Numbered from the stretch's first letter, positions 50,951-64,000 are shown. The stretch is 64,000 nt of DNA from Octopus vulgaris (GCA_951406725.2 OX597814.1:171058001-171122000), one strand, 5' to 3'. Notes: generated from the letters alone by a model not told the origin. Made by a program: numbers and translations.

Positions 50951-51742
50951 GAGAGGAAAATAAAACCACAGTATATTTCTGGTACCTATTTCCATACAGA
51001 CCACGAGAACAGAGCATGCAGTTTCATAAATCAGAATGGTTCATGACCACTAGTTAGTAAGCAATGTGGCAAAATGCCGCTTAACTGATCATTGGTGATA
51101 AAAATCAAGATTTGTAACTACTTACTTTAATTCTACTACATGTATAAGGCCTCAGTTTGGAACAATTTAATAAACTCTAATACATCTATTGAGTAGCGCT
51201 CTAATACAATTGGAATTATGTGTGTGTGTATGCATAAGCATATGAGAGAGAAAGATTATTGTATAAAGGTACATGTGAAATTAAAATCACCGAGAGCCAT
51301 GCATGATGTGGGAAACAAGGGTGTGACTATGCAGCTTTATATGTCAACATTGATGTTGAAAATCACCACGTGGAGCTTTTGACATCAACAACATACAATC
51401 ACCTGTGTATATTCATATAAAAAACATATGTGCAGTGCATGTATAGGTAACTTCCCCATTATTGACAGCCGATTTATATTTACTAAAAGCATAGTAAATA
51501 ATCACATATTTATATAAACATGTGTTGTGCATGTGCAAGTGTGGGTGAACCACAAATAAAATTTTGAAGGCTTCAGTTATGAAACCTTCATCAGAGAGTC
51601 AGAAGGCCACATAACTGAAACTTCCAACTGTCAGCCATTATTTGTATAAATGAAATAAATATGTTATTCCACTGCTAAGTATTGAGCAATCCTTCAGTTC
51701 TAATGTTTATTTTTGTACACAAACATAAAAGTAAACATTAAT

Positions 51743-51773
<31 letters not shown>

Positions 51774-51799
51774 TGTGGTATGTCTCAATTTTGTGAAGG

Positions 51800-52890
51800 C
51801 CTTCCATAACCTTCATCACAGAACACATGCAAACAAGACATATATCACATAACTGGAAAACTGGGGGAATGCCTGCAGGACTTCTTAAAAGGTAGAGGGT
51901 GGAGAATCTCTCATAGTCTAAGGAATTACTCAAAGAAACTGTCTTAGAGCTCATAGTGCCCCCAGCTGTAGAGAGAGCTCCCTTTACACTGGCTACGCTG
52001 ATGATATAAAAGCATCACATGCAATGAAGAACTGTGATGATGATGCATACTTCCAACAAGACCTGAATACAAAGTATAAGTGGGCAGAGGACAGCAATAT
52101 GCAATTTAATGCTGGAAAATTTCGAAAGCACCACTTGTCAACTCACAAATACTAATACACTGCAACAAAGCTACACAGGACTAGACATGAGGTACTGCAG
52201 AGTCAGAGTTAAAAGTGCATAAGCTTGGAATCAATATGAATGATGATGCAACACTTCAAGGTGTATACAACTAAGACGGCTATGATGTGTAAGTAAATTT
52301 GGAGATCTTTCGGAGTAAGACATGAGGATCCCAAGATAGGTTGAGGTGGGGACAGTGTTGCTTTGTCATTTGGACTGTTGCTCTCAAATAATGCTCACCC
52401 ACTGCATAGTGGCTAAACTGAATGCAAAAATTCAAGCAACCAGGTGCTGCTACACCAAATAGGTTGCCTCAATGCAACAAATGACCCACAAGGAAAGGCC
52501 AAAGAAACTAAAACTACACTTCCTGGAGCACAGGCAAGAAAGATATAGTGATGTGTATGTGTGTGTGAGTGTGTGTGTGTGTAAGATCCTTGAAGAGCTG
52601 GAACCAAATTTCAGCATTAAGAGCTACACTGGTCTCCAAACTAGTTGCCACAGAATAGTGTCAAAAGTCCCGCATTTCCTACATAGATCAAGATCCAGAT
52701 ACTACAATAAATAGCTAAGCATTTAAAGGCCCCACAGCTTTTCAATAACCTGCTGAAACATTATGGGACCATATGTAGGGTGGATATTGATGTCTCTAAA
52801 TGCACTTGGACACTCAACAAAGACCTTAGATGAACCGGTTTCACAACAAGAGATACAAATGAAAGCAGTGGTATCAAAATCTTTTATCCA
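51800..52890 (+). pseudogene. Decayed CR1/L2-group LINE RT and C-terminal region
   Basis: GYADDIK at about 51991, WAEDSNMQFNAGKF at about 52081, GPQLFNNL at about 52728; frameshifted. Confidence 0.75.
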
Positions 52891-52917
52891 CCAAAGACCA
52901 ATGTAACTTATATGTAT

Positions 52918-53078
52918 ATATGACAGGCTTCTTTTAATTTCCGTCCACCAAAACCACTCACAAGGCTTTGGTTGGCTCGAGGCTATAGTAGAAGACACTT
53001 GCCCAAGGTGCCATGCAGTGGGAATGAACCTGGAACCATGTGGATAGTAAGCAAGCTATTTACCACACAACCACTCCT
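52918..53078 (-). mobile_element. Family A SINE head half
   Basis: gacaggcttc..agaagacacttgcccaaggtgcc..taccacacaaccactcc. Confidence 0.85.
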
Positions 53079-53559
53079 ATTTATAGAAACACATATGCTT
53101 CCCACCCCACAAACAAACACTTATTATAGAAAGTGACAAGATCTTTGGAAATGGAATAATCAGAGACCCAGGATGTGTAGTAGAAAAGGAATAAGTGTAT
53201 GATGATACATGAGTGAAAACAGGGTTTAGACAGGCGATACAAAAGAGGAGAGTAAAGGGTTCAATGTAACCTTCTGCATCAGACATGGGAAGGAGAGGTC
53301 AAGTGAAGATAGAGATTGGGGGTGGGGTATGGAAAGTAATTGGGGCTCCATACTAGTGAACAGTACAAATGGATGTTGATGAGAGGGTCAAATAAGTACA
53401 GCCATACACTGCGAGCAATGTATGGTGAACAGAGGAGATCTGCCAACAGTGAAATTAAGAAGAGGAGTGAGTGATTAAGTTGTGTGAGAGGAGTTATAGA
53501 GGCACAGGCATGGAAAGAATAAGGGCAAAAGAGACAAATATGACAGTGAATGAGGGAAG

Positions 53560-55390
53560 ATAGAAAGACAAATGAGAACATGGAGAAGGAAGATACGGAA
53601 ACTATAAAAGATCCTGTAATGGGAAAAGATTTAGTGAAATTTTAACTGATGCATATGACTGCTGGGAGTTAGGTTTAGACACCTGTAATGTAGATGAAGG
53701 CTGAGAATTTCTAGAATTCTGTCCAGGTCCACTGGATAGATATGCCGCTGGAGCAACAAAGCCAAAAGGAACATGGTGGAGGAACAATACAGTTAACAGG
53801 GCAGTGAAGACAAAGAAACAGGCATAGATAACCTAAGAGGAAGGTGGCTAGAAGAGCAGTTGTGAAACAGGTATAAAGCAAAGGGTGAGGCAAAGAGGAA
53901 GGGATATGCATGTGTCTTACAGCATGAGGGTCAGAGGTATGAAGTGTTCAGGATCTTAAGGCAGTGTATGAAAGAGAACAGAGAGGTCACAGGTGAGAAG
54001 TGTATTCAAAATGATGAAGGTATACTTGCCACTGATATGGATGATAAGAAAGTAGCATAGGAGTTCTATTATGAGAGGTTGTTTCATGTAAAGAATGCAT
54101 GGGATGAAGAGAGGGTATCTTGTGATGACCCTACAGAGGGACCAGAAATTCAAGTTGACAGTAGTAAAGTAGATAAGGTGATCAAGGAGATAAAGATGAG
54201 AAAGCTGCAAGTTCCCTCTGGAATAGTTGTGGAGATGCTCAAAATATATGGTGAGTTAGGGTACATGATTACCACCCAGATAGTAAATCAAGTTATACAA
54301 GAGTTATACCAAATGACTGGCATAACAGTATCACTGTAAGCTGCTACAAAGACGAAGGAAATGCCTTAGACAGAAGCAGTTATACAGAATTAAATTACTG
54401 GAACAGGTCATGAAGGTCACAGAGAGGGTCATTGCACAATTGCTTCATGAGAAGATGAGATGCAGAGGATCTAGATGAGTTGCGGTTTAATTTTGTGCAT
54501 GGAAGAGGTACTACAGATGCAACTACAAGAGAAATACTTGGCTAAGAATAAACCATTATTCCCGGTCGGAGAAACCATTCAACAGGGTATCACATACAGT
54601 AATCTGGTGGTCACTTTAGTACTCTCAGAGAAATGACTTTGATAGGTAGAAAAGGAGTATGTCTAAACTCCATACACTGCATCTGATCTAAGCTACGGGT
54701 ACACAATAGATGTAGTGAAATCACAGGTAGATGATTAGAGAACATAGGCTTCATATATGATAGATGCATTGAAACAGTAAATTCCATGAACACACCAGAA
54801 ATAGAACCCCTTGAATGCTTGGCTAGCTCTCTTGAAGTAGTTGATAGCTTTTGTTATCTAGGAGCTGTCGTCATCAACAAGGAAGGTGGTTACTGTGAAA
54901 ATATAGTAACCAGCGCAAGAACAGGTTGGAAGAAGTTAAGGGAGCTACAACTACAGCTGACAATAAAGGTCTTTTCCCAAAGAGTAATGGCAGATTGTAT
55001 GATATTTGTACTAGAATTGCCATGCTGTATGCTAGTGAGATATGGGCCTTCAATGCAGAGGACATGAGATGACTGGAAAGAAATGAAGCAAGCATGCTCT
55101 ATTGAATGTACAGCAGTATAAATGTGCTGAGAGAAAGACTGGACGTAAGACTAATTACATGTACTATGAAACAAAAACGACTATTCTAATACAGACAACA
55201 TATAATGTGTATAGATGAAAAGAGCTAATCACTAAATGTGACTGGAATCAGTGAACAAGGGAAACCCAGGAAGATATATGATGAAGTGGTGAAGGTTGAC
55301 TTCAGGACCTTAAGCTTCACAGAAGAAACAACAAAGAACCAGGATATCTGGCAATACAAGGGTCTCATGAAAAATTGCCTATTGTAGTGA
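53560..55390 (+). pseudogene. Decayed RTE (BovB-like) LINE, about 1.8 kb
   Basis: Remnants WWRNNTVNRAV, PSGIVVEMLK, IKLLEQVMKV, FVHGRGTTDA, LEVVDSFCYLG, RTGWKKLREL and GKPRKIYDEVVK. Confidence 0.8.
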
Positions 55391-55824
55391 AACAGAGAAT
55401 ATAAGGGTAATATTTGTTGACATATTCTGTCAACAATTTGTCTGCTAGCTCTGCACTTCTGAGGACAAGTGGAAGGAAAATAACCTAAGAAGGAAATAGG
55501 GAAGAGTTAGAAAGGAAGGATATCAGCTGTAAAAAATTGTCTCAATATATATACTCAGCTAACCCATACTAGCATGTAAAAAAAATACATAAAACAGATA
55601 GACACATATTGAATTTTATAAAGGCTGACAAACTTCATAAAATATTACCCAATCTTTAGACAGGAGTGAAGCAGTTGGTACTTTTTTACTAAGGTACTTT
55701 TGAAGATTGCAAGTAATTTCAATAGTGAAAACAGTTGTTAGCTGCATTGTGTGGCAGTGTACTGATGACTGAGCTTCACAAAAGTGACTACAGCAGCATA
55801 ACGGATACTGCAAGTACCAGCGTC

Positions 55825-56174
55825 ACCTTAAAGAGCACCATCTAAGCGTGATCGTTGCCATACCGGTGGTACGTAAAAGATACCATTCGAGCATGATTGT
55901 TACCAGCATCGCCTTATTGGCACCTGTGCCGGTGGCATGTGTAAAAGATTTGAGCGAGGTCGTTGCCAGTACCACCTGACTGGCCCCGTACCGGTGGCAC
56001 GTAAAAGCACCCACTACACTCTCGGAGTGGTTGGTGTTAGGAAGGGCATCCAGCTGTAGAAACTCTGCCAGATCAAGATTGAAGCCTGGTGCAGCCATCT
56101 GGTTCGCCAGAGCTCAGTCATTCGTCCAAACCATGCTAGCATGGAAAGCGGATGTTAAACGATGATGATGATGA
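55825..56174 (+). mobile_element. Family C SINE with reiterated gtgccggtggcacgt units
   Basis: Meta-like domain and (GAT)n tail. Confidence 0.85.
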
Positions 56175-57434
56175 TCTTCATGTCTAGAAAGTGTACTACC
56201 AAAGTGTACTGAATAAATATGATGGGCTTCCACATAGTTCCCATCTACCAAATTCACTCAAAAGGCAAGGCATATATTTTGTGGGTAGTCATTAACTTCC
56301 ACAGCACCAAAGATTTCATCTGACAACACCCTTATTCTGGGGTTTCAGGTAACTTCCTTTAATATACCTTACACATTTCAAATAGCAAGATAGTATGGCC
56401 TTGGGTATTCTAATGTCCATCACATGAACTGTGTGTCTCACACAGCACAGCAGCTACTCTACTGTAATATTTGCATATTGCAGGAGAAACTGATTGGTAA
56501 TGTGGTCTTGCTTAGAATATTCATTAGAGATCAAAAGTTGTACAACTGACAGTTCACCAGCTTTGTGCTTCAATGTTTTTACTAATCAATCACTGAACAT
56601 AATAAAAAATGCCACTGCTGTATCTAGGTTGTTGACATTCCTATTAAGATGGTCAGTAACTTATAGTATGGGACTCCAGATAAAAGTTGATACAAAACTT
56701 CAGTTACTTTTTTACATTGAGAGATTGAGAACTGTTTGCAGAGAGTAACCTACCTAAGCTGACTCAGTCAGTTCATGGATATACATATCACAACACTTTC
56801 TAGGGAATCTTAGCTTCAATAGTTTTAATAGCCCACCACCACTTATTGAGCAGTCCATACACTCCAGCTAAAAGCTCATTTGCTGTGTTTTGTAGCCAAG
56901 ATTAATGTAATGTTCTAATCAAGTACACAGTACTGCTTTACCTGAGCAACATGAAGAGGGTGAGCTGTCAATCCTAAGAGAAACTATGGCAGTCATATCA
57001 AAGAGTTGCTGCTTTGAGCAGGGTTCACAAACCTGCTCTTCACAAACTGCTGAGTATCTGCATAGAGTCAATGAGCATGACAAACAAAGGAATTTGAAGT
57101 TCAATAGTCTTTACATGAATGAGTCACATGATAGGAGTGATGTCATAGGTGCTCCAAAAACAGAATCCACACTAATTTACAGGTAGGATTTCAGATTATT
57201 CTTATTACAAGTAAGAATATTGCAACACTGCTCCCAATAGCTGAGATACAAGAAAATCCTACACTACCATTGACTGAAGGGACACTAATTTCAAGTAGTA
57301 TTCCTTCAGCCAGACACTCAACCAATTCCTTCCTATTTTACAAGTTATTTTACATGCTCAGAGAGCAGACTTACAGTACATATTGTTTGAACAGGGATAT
57401 AAACATGACAATACACACATATACAACAATAACA

Positions 57435-57479
<45 letters not shown>

Positions 57480-58068
57480 TGTGTTTGTGTGAATATTATT
57501 TATATATATATATAACCATTTTTGTCTTTTAACGTCTTCAGAAAATGACACATGCCAAGATGCCATAAAGCAGAATCAAAACCAGGAATTGCAGAGCAAG
57601 TTTCTTAAACATTTGGCTATCCAACTACTACACAGTATAAATAAATGGACTCTGAATGGGAGCCTGTCAGCTGTTGTATTATGCCTGAGACTGAAAGGGC
57701 CATGCTTCTCACAAACTGCTAAATTGATTCCGCGGGAAATTTACTTTAAGGGTACAGTGTCTAGCTAAATCAATGGGCCTGTCAGATCAGTTGGCACAAC
57801 TGACCACACATGGCAAGAAATTGGGAACATGATCCATTTCATGCAGGCATATATATTTTCTAGGGTTGCATGCCCTTCCTGTGCAAAGCCCACATTTGTT
57901 TCCGAGCAAGGTAATATTTTTCAATGACCAGACAAATTTTCCCAGAAGATGAAAAATAGATGGCACTGCTTATATGATTTACAATTATTACAATATGTCG
58001 AGACTAAGAAGCACAACAAAGACATACACACAACTATATGTATCTATCTATATCGTAAGCTTCACAGC

Positions 58069-58143
<75 letters not shown>

Positions 58144-58171
58144 CATATGAGTGAGATTGTTGCCTGATCAA

Positions 58172-58545
58172 CAAACTGGCCTTCGTGCCGGTGGCACGTT
58201 AAGCACACCATTCGAGCATGATCATTACCGCGTCGCCTTACTAGCACTTGTGCTGGTGGCACATGAAACATTCAAGCGAGGACGTCACCAGTGCCGCTGG
58301 ACTGGCTTCTGTGCAGGTGGCACGTAAAAAGCACCATTTGGACGTAGCTGTTGCCAGTACCACCAAACTAGCCCTCGTGCCAGTGGCACGTAAAAGCACC
58401 CACTACATTGTCGGAGTGGTTGGTGTTAGGAAGGGCATCCAGCTGTAGAAACTCTGCCAGATCAGATTGGAGTCTGGTTCACCAGACCTCAGTCAAATCG
58501 TCCAACCCATGCTACCATGGAAAGCGGACATTAAATAATGATGAT
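58172..58545 (+). mobile_element. Family C SINE
   Basis: Same structure as the 55825 copy. Confidence 0.85.
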
Positions 58546-58730
58546 ATATACATACATACATATATATTACATCAAGCTTCTTTCAGTTGTTGCCTACAAA
58601 ATATATCCAAAAGGTTTTTGTACAGGATCTATAGTAGAAAGCACTTGCCTATGATACTACAATGTTACTGAACACAAACACACATAGTTAAGAAGCTAAC
58701 TTCTAAACCACACAATCAATCACACAGCAC

Positions 58731-59000
58731 AGTGCTGCTGAACTGGCTCCTGTGCAGGTGGCACGTAAAAAACACACATTTGAGCGTGGCTGTTGCCAGT
58801 ACTGCCTGACTGGCCCTCGTGCCGGTGGCACGTAAAAGCACCCACTATACTCTCGGAGTGGTTGGCGTTAGGAAGAGCATCCAACTGTAGAAACTCTGCT
58901 AGATCAGATTGGAGCCTGGTGCAGCCATCTGGTTCGCCAGTCCTCAGTCAAACCGTCAAACCCATGAGAGCATGGAAAGCGGGCGTTAAACAATGATGAT
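58731..59000 (+). mobile_element. Family C SINE
   Basis: Same structure as the 55825 copy. Confidence 0.85.
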
Positions 59001-59119
59001 AGAGAGAGAGAGAGAGAAAGAGAGAGACAGACAGACAGATAGATAGATAAATTATTGAGGTGGCTATTCATGATTTACAACCTAAAGGCAACAAATATAG
59101 TTGTTGCTAGAGTGATGTA

Positions 59120-59530
59120 GGTGTGGTTGTGTGGTAAGAAGCTTTCTTCCCAACCACATGATCTGGGGTTCAGTCCCACTGTGTGAAACCTTGGGGCAAG
59201 TGTCTTCTATTATAAGCCTTGGAAGTGGATGTGGTAGACAGAAGCTGCAAAGCCTGTCGTGTATCATCATCATCATCATCATCATCGTATATATATATAT
59301 TTATTTATGTGTATGTCTTCTTGTTTATCCTCCATCACTGCTTAACAACCAGTACTGATGTGTTTACATCCCCATAACTTAGTGGTTCAGCAAAAGAGAC
59401 CAATAAAATAAATACCAGGCTTTAAAACAAAAATGTACTGGGGTCAATACATTTGATTAAAAATCGTTCAAGATAGTGCTCCAGCATGGCTGCAGTCTAT
59501 AATGACTGAGACAAACAAAAGATAAAAGAT
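59120..59530 (+). mobile_element. Family A SINE, diverged
   Basis: gtggttgtgtggtaagaagc..ccttggggcaagtgtcttc..gtgctccagcatggctgcagtc. Confidence 0.8.
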
Positions 59531-59872
59531 TACACATACACACACATATATATATATGAGTGACCAAGGGATAGCACTTAGAAAGTTCCCTCAAAGGCAC
59601 AACACTGGGAAAGGTTCTTTGGGATGTCCAACAGTCACCTATGCCTATCAGACACACCTATCCATGTTGTCCAAGGAAAAGGCTAAGACCGTTACAGCTT
59701 GGCACTAGTGATTTCTAAACCCATTTTTGCAGGTGAGTGAACATGATCAATGTCAAATAAAGTGTCATGCTTCAGAACACAACATACAATCTGGTCCAGG
59801 AATCAATTTCATAACCTCATCATCATAAGCCTGATGTTCTTACTGAGCCATGTGCCTTCACTCTCACACACA

Positions 59873-59923
<51 letters not shown>

Positions 59924-59927
<4 letters not shown>

Positions 59928-60090
59928 GCGTCGTTTTCCATAGCATGGTTGGACTTCAACTGGGTCTGTGAAGCCAGAAGGCTGCATCAGGCCCAGTCTG
60001 ATCTGGCAGTGTTTCTACGACTGGATGCCCTAATGCCAATCCGCGAGTGTAGTGGGTGCTATTTACGTGCCACCCGCACAGGTGCCAGAC
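59924..60090 (-). mobile_element. Family C SINE fragment
   Basis: tttagcgtcgttttccatagcatgg..ctggatgccctaatgcca. Confidence 0.75.
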
Positions 60091-61049
60091 GGAGCTATAT
60101 ATATATATAAATAAAAGTAAAGGATCAAAGGACTCTCCCAGCCAAGGCTCCCGATGCTGGGTACATGGACTCCAAGTAATATATATGACCACCCCTGGAT
60201 GACGCACCAGTCCAAAGCAAACGTATTTTTGTCAGATGAGTGGACTACAGGAACATGAAATGAAGTGTTTCGCTCAAGAAGACAACACATTCCCAGGTAC
60301 ACAAACTGAAACCACAATCTTAGGATTACGAGTACGACAACTTAACGACTAGATAATTAGTCTCCATTATACTATATTTACTAAACATGAATATGCATAC
60401 ACAAAACACAGTGTATATTTATCAGCATAAATATATAAACATACATTTTATGGAGTAATGTTTGTTTTTATACTGAAGTATAATTAAAAACAGTTTAACA
60501 TAAAACTGGAGAAATACTCAATACTTCTCATAGTGAACACATGTATTATACATTTACAGGAAGAGATGTGACAGTGACTTCCAAGTTTCATCCTGCTTGC
60601 TTTTCTCAGACAGTCTCACGAAGGTGAGCAGGATGAAACAATTATACTTGTAAGATATATAATATATGTACATATATATATATACACTTTAGATGAGTTG
60701 TAGTGCACCTGAGCACTGTACACAATTATTATTATTATTATTATTATTTATTATACATATCCATGTATCCATTACATATATAAATATATAAATATATAGA
60801 CCCATCCATTCATATATTCGTACACACACACACACACACATATATATGCTTATATATATATATGCATATAAATATTTACATATGTATATATACATACAAA
60901 AAAAATATATATATACATATACATATGTGTGTATATATATAGATTTAGATAATCATATCAGGTGGTGCTATTAAGTTAGACATGGCCTGGACCAATCTTT
61001 TGTCGAAACATATCTAAGTTTATATATGTATACACACATATATAAACAC

Positions 61050-61413
61050 TTAAAAAAATGTTTTAGCCCAAAAGCTGCGGCCATGCTGGGGCACCCCCGT
61101 TGAATGTGCTACACTAGTACGTGAAACCACCTCTGATACGTGGCACTTGGTCAACAAGGGAGTTCGATGCCACTACCCGCATCTGTGTTTCCTGCCGAAA
61201 GGTAGGTTCAACTGGAACCCCTGACAAGAAGAGATCCAGTTAAGTTTTAAACCATGCAGGTCTCTCAGACATTTAGGAAGGATATTGAAGAGCTGTTGTC
61301 TCCTGAAACCCAAGCTGTTGCAGTATCTGGTCCTATATTTTGATGGTGATGTTGGAATCTTTGGCACCATGCAGTGGTGCCTCATTCTGCTGTTGGGGTA
61401 ACTTGCAATGCCA
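61050..61413 (-). mobile_element. CR1/L2-group LINE 3' end including 3' UTR tail
   Basis: [54 protein letters not shown], then UTR ending ggtgccccagcatggccgcagcttttgggctaaaac. Confidence 0.8.
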
Positions 61414-61995
61414 ATATTTATATATACATATAAATACATATATATATATATATATGTATATACACATATGTATACATATACATACATATACATACATACA
61501 TATATATATATACACATATGTATACATATACATACATACATATACATACATACATACATATATATATATACATACATATACATACATACATATACATACA
61601 TATATATACATACATATACATACATATATATATATACATACATATACATACATATATATATATACATACATATACATACATATATATATATACATACATA
61701 TACATACATATATATATATACATACACATACATATATATATATACATACACATACATACATATACATACATATATATATATATACATACATATACATACA
61801 TATATATATATATACATACATACATATACATATATATACATACATACATATACATATATATACATACATACATATACATACATATATATATATATACATA
61901 CACATACATATATATACATACATATACATACATACATATACATATATATACATACATATACATACATACATATACATATATATACATACATATAC

Positions 61996-62044
<49 letters not shown>

Positions 62045-62179
62045 CATACATATATATATATATATAAACATACATATATATATATACATACATATATATA
62101 AACATACATATATATAAACATACATATATATACATACATATATCTAAACATACATACATATATATATATACACATATAC
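61414..62179. repeat. Long compound (TA)n/(TACA)n microsatellite
   Basis: Read directly; generates six spurious 199-370 aa ORFs. Confidence 0.95.
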
Positions 62180-62330
62180 AATGATAAAAAATTTCAAGTA
62201 CTGCACTACAAGGCCACAAGTGCCCCCCCTCCCCCTCCAACTGGCATACACAGGACCTGGAGGTACTGCAATCCCAGAACCACAAACAGTGAGAGACCTG
62301 GGCATCAGCATGTGTAGTGATGCATCATAT
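62180..62330 (+). pseudogene. CR1/L2-group LINE fragment, opposite orientation to 61050-61413
   Basis: [37 protein letters not shown] contains the (K/R)DLG motif downstream of RT. Confidence 0.7.
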
Positions 62331-62679
62331 ATACATACACAATATAAATATATAATATCTGTGTGGATGTGTAAATCTACATATTTGCTTATAATACTAA
62401 CCCAAAAATAGCATAACTACAATGCTTTATAGTTAAATTTTGTAAAGAAATCACCCCCAGCTCACATTCTCTAAGACAAGTAGAACAAATTTGTTTTTTG
62501 CAAAATAAATGAGGGTTAATAAGAGAAAGTGCAACCATTGTACACCAATGACTGAATCATCCAAATCTTGAAACGCAGAAAAATAAATGTAAAAATGATC
62601 AAACCAAAACACACACACTCACACACATTGAGGTTTAAACTATTAATACACACACACACATTTTTCTTTTCTTAAACAG

Positions 62680-63272
62680 TTTTATTTGTTTCAGTCGTGA
62701 CCGTGGCCATGCTTGACCACCGCCTTTAGTCGAACAAATCAACTTATTCTATGTAAGCCTAGTACTTATCCTATCGATGCCTTTTCCGAAACTGCTAAGT
62801 TACGGGGATGTAAACAAACCAACATCGGTTATCAAGCGATGGCGGCGAGCTGGCAAAATCGTTAGCACGCCGGGCGAAATGCTTAGCGGTATTTTGTCTG
62901 CAGCCACGTTGTGAGTTCAAATTCCGCCGAGGTCGACTTTGCCTTTCATCCTTTTGGGGTCGATAAATTAAGTACCAGATGAGTACTGGGGTCGATATAA
63001 TCGACTAAATCCGACTGTCTGTCCTTGTTTGTCCCCTCTGTGTTTAGCTCCTTGTGGGTAGTAAAGAAATAGGTTATCAAGCGATGGAGAGGGGGACAAA
63101 CTCACCCACAAATATATATGATGGGCTTCTTTCAGTTTCCTTCCAACAAATCCACTCAAGGCTTTGGTCAGCCCGAGGCTATAGTAGAAGACACCTGCCC
63201 AATGTGATACGCAGTGGGACTGAACCCAGAACCATGTGGTTGGGAAGTAAGTTTCTTCCCACACAGCCACCC
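62680..63272 (-). mobile_element. Family A SINE interrupted by a family B SINE
   Basis: Tail at 62680, head at about 63272; split at ggttatcaagcgat. Confidence 0.85.
62841..63071 (+). mobile_element. Family B SINE nested in family A, 14-bp TSD
   Basis: GGTTATCAAGCGAT at 62827-62840 and 63072-63085. Confidence 0.93.
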
Positions 63273-64000
63273 TTGCAGCTATGTATATGTATGATATTTA
63301 TGACTGTTTACATATACAAACCAGATTGTGTGCATGTGCATGTGTGTGTGTATGCACTCACGTTCCAACTATGTGTTTGTGTAAATATATATATATATTC
63401 ATATGCATTTAGACATATACCTATCTAATGATTAGGTTGTATTTACTATCTTCCTATACATATACGTTTATATCATTTACATAGTGAACATGTTATAATA
63501 TTTACCTTATAAAATGTGTACATACACATGATATATTCACAATGCATGTGCTCATATGATGTATTGGCAGCATATATTGTGTTCTGTGAGATATATCGCA
63601 GTATATATTGAGTTCTGTACATATATTTGAAGAGTACCATGTACATTTAACATATACAAGTAGTCTACAATATACTGTGTCAATATGTATTATATTTGCA
63701 GTACACTTAATTGCACATACATTTATATGCACGTACATATATAAAACCACACACATATATACATAATGGTGTGTTGATGCTTATGTGTAGGCATGCTTTT
63801 ATACCAGTAAGTATATTGGCCTGTATGAATGCATGTGTGCACATGAGTATGTACTGCTGTTCCGATTATACACGTCTCATATAAACTGCTTTCCCACTAA
63901 CCGAACAAAGGTGCTATCTCTTTACCGCAGCCAAAGTAGCTTTTTTTTTTCCTTCCTTTTATCCAGCTTCCAGACTATTCCTTTCAAAATATGCCACGTT

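Larger units (their letters stand above)
33440..64000 (-). other. PBX: Inferred PBX intron upstream of the exon (probably continues beyond window)
   Basis: Ends at the CAG acceptor at 33440. No exon-1 peptide (ILQQIMTITDQSLDEAQ) was found; a non-coding or alternative first exon cannot be excluded. Confidence 0.55.

Noticed and set aside
56896-57182. Plus-strand exon-like segment (ttttgtag ... ACAG|GTAGG)
   Set aside because: Stops in all three frames just after the acceptor; the peptide is not recognisable.
61173-62285. 370-aa and overlapping long ORFs
   Set aside because: Read-through of TA/TACA microsatellite joined to LINE remnants; low-complexity Y/I/M/V/C translation.

Overview
AT-rich animal genomic DNA dense in microsatellites and SINEs, most likely from an octopus or other coleoid cephalopod (inferred from the SINE families and (TA)n/(CA)n density). 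The only host coding sequence I can support is a 74-bp minus-strand exon at 33366-33439. It encodes [24 protein letters not shown], part of the PBC-A domain of the TALE homeobox gene PBX/extradenticle, with canonical splice sites and the size and phases of vertebrate PBX exon 2. I found neither neighbouring exon, so the rest is probably two introns of more than 30 kb each. These hold three main SINE families (CORE-like, Nin/Deu-like, Meta-like), decayed RTE, CR1-like and L1/Tx1 LINE pieces, a deleted DD41D mariner-type element, several MITE-like elements, and Penelope-type remnants in (TA)n tracts carrying minimal hammerhead-ribozyme motifs. A CpG-retaining domain (about 15-39.5 kb) surrounds the exon. 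Nearly all ORFs in the supplied track are simple-repeat or SINE artefacts. I found no clearly new biological system; the best leads are the hammerhead motifs and palindromes, the CpG domain, inverted SINEs around the exon, and an octamer-bearing inverted repeat. Repeat boundaries were read by eye and are approximate unless a TSD or TIR is quoted.
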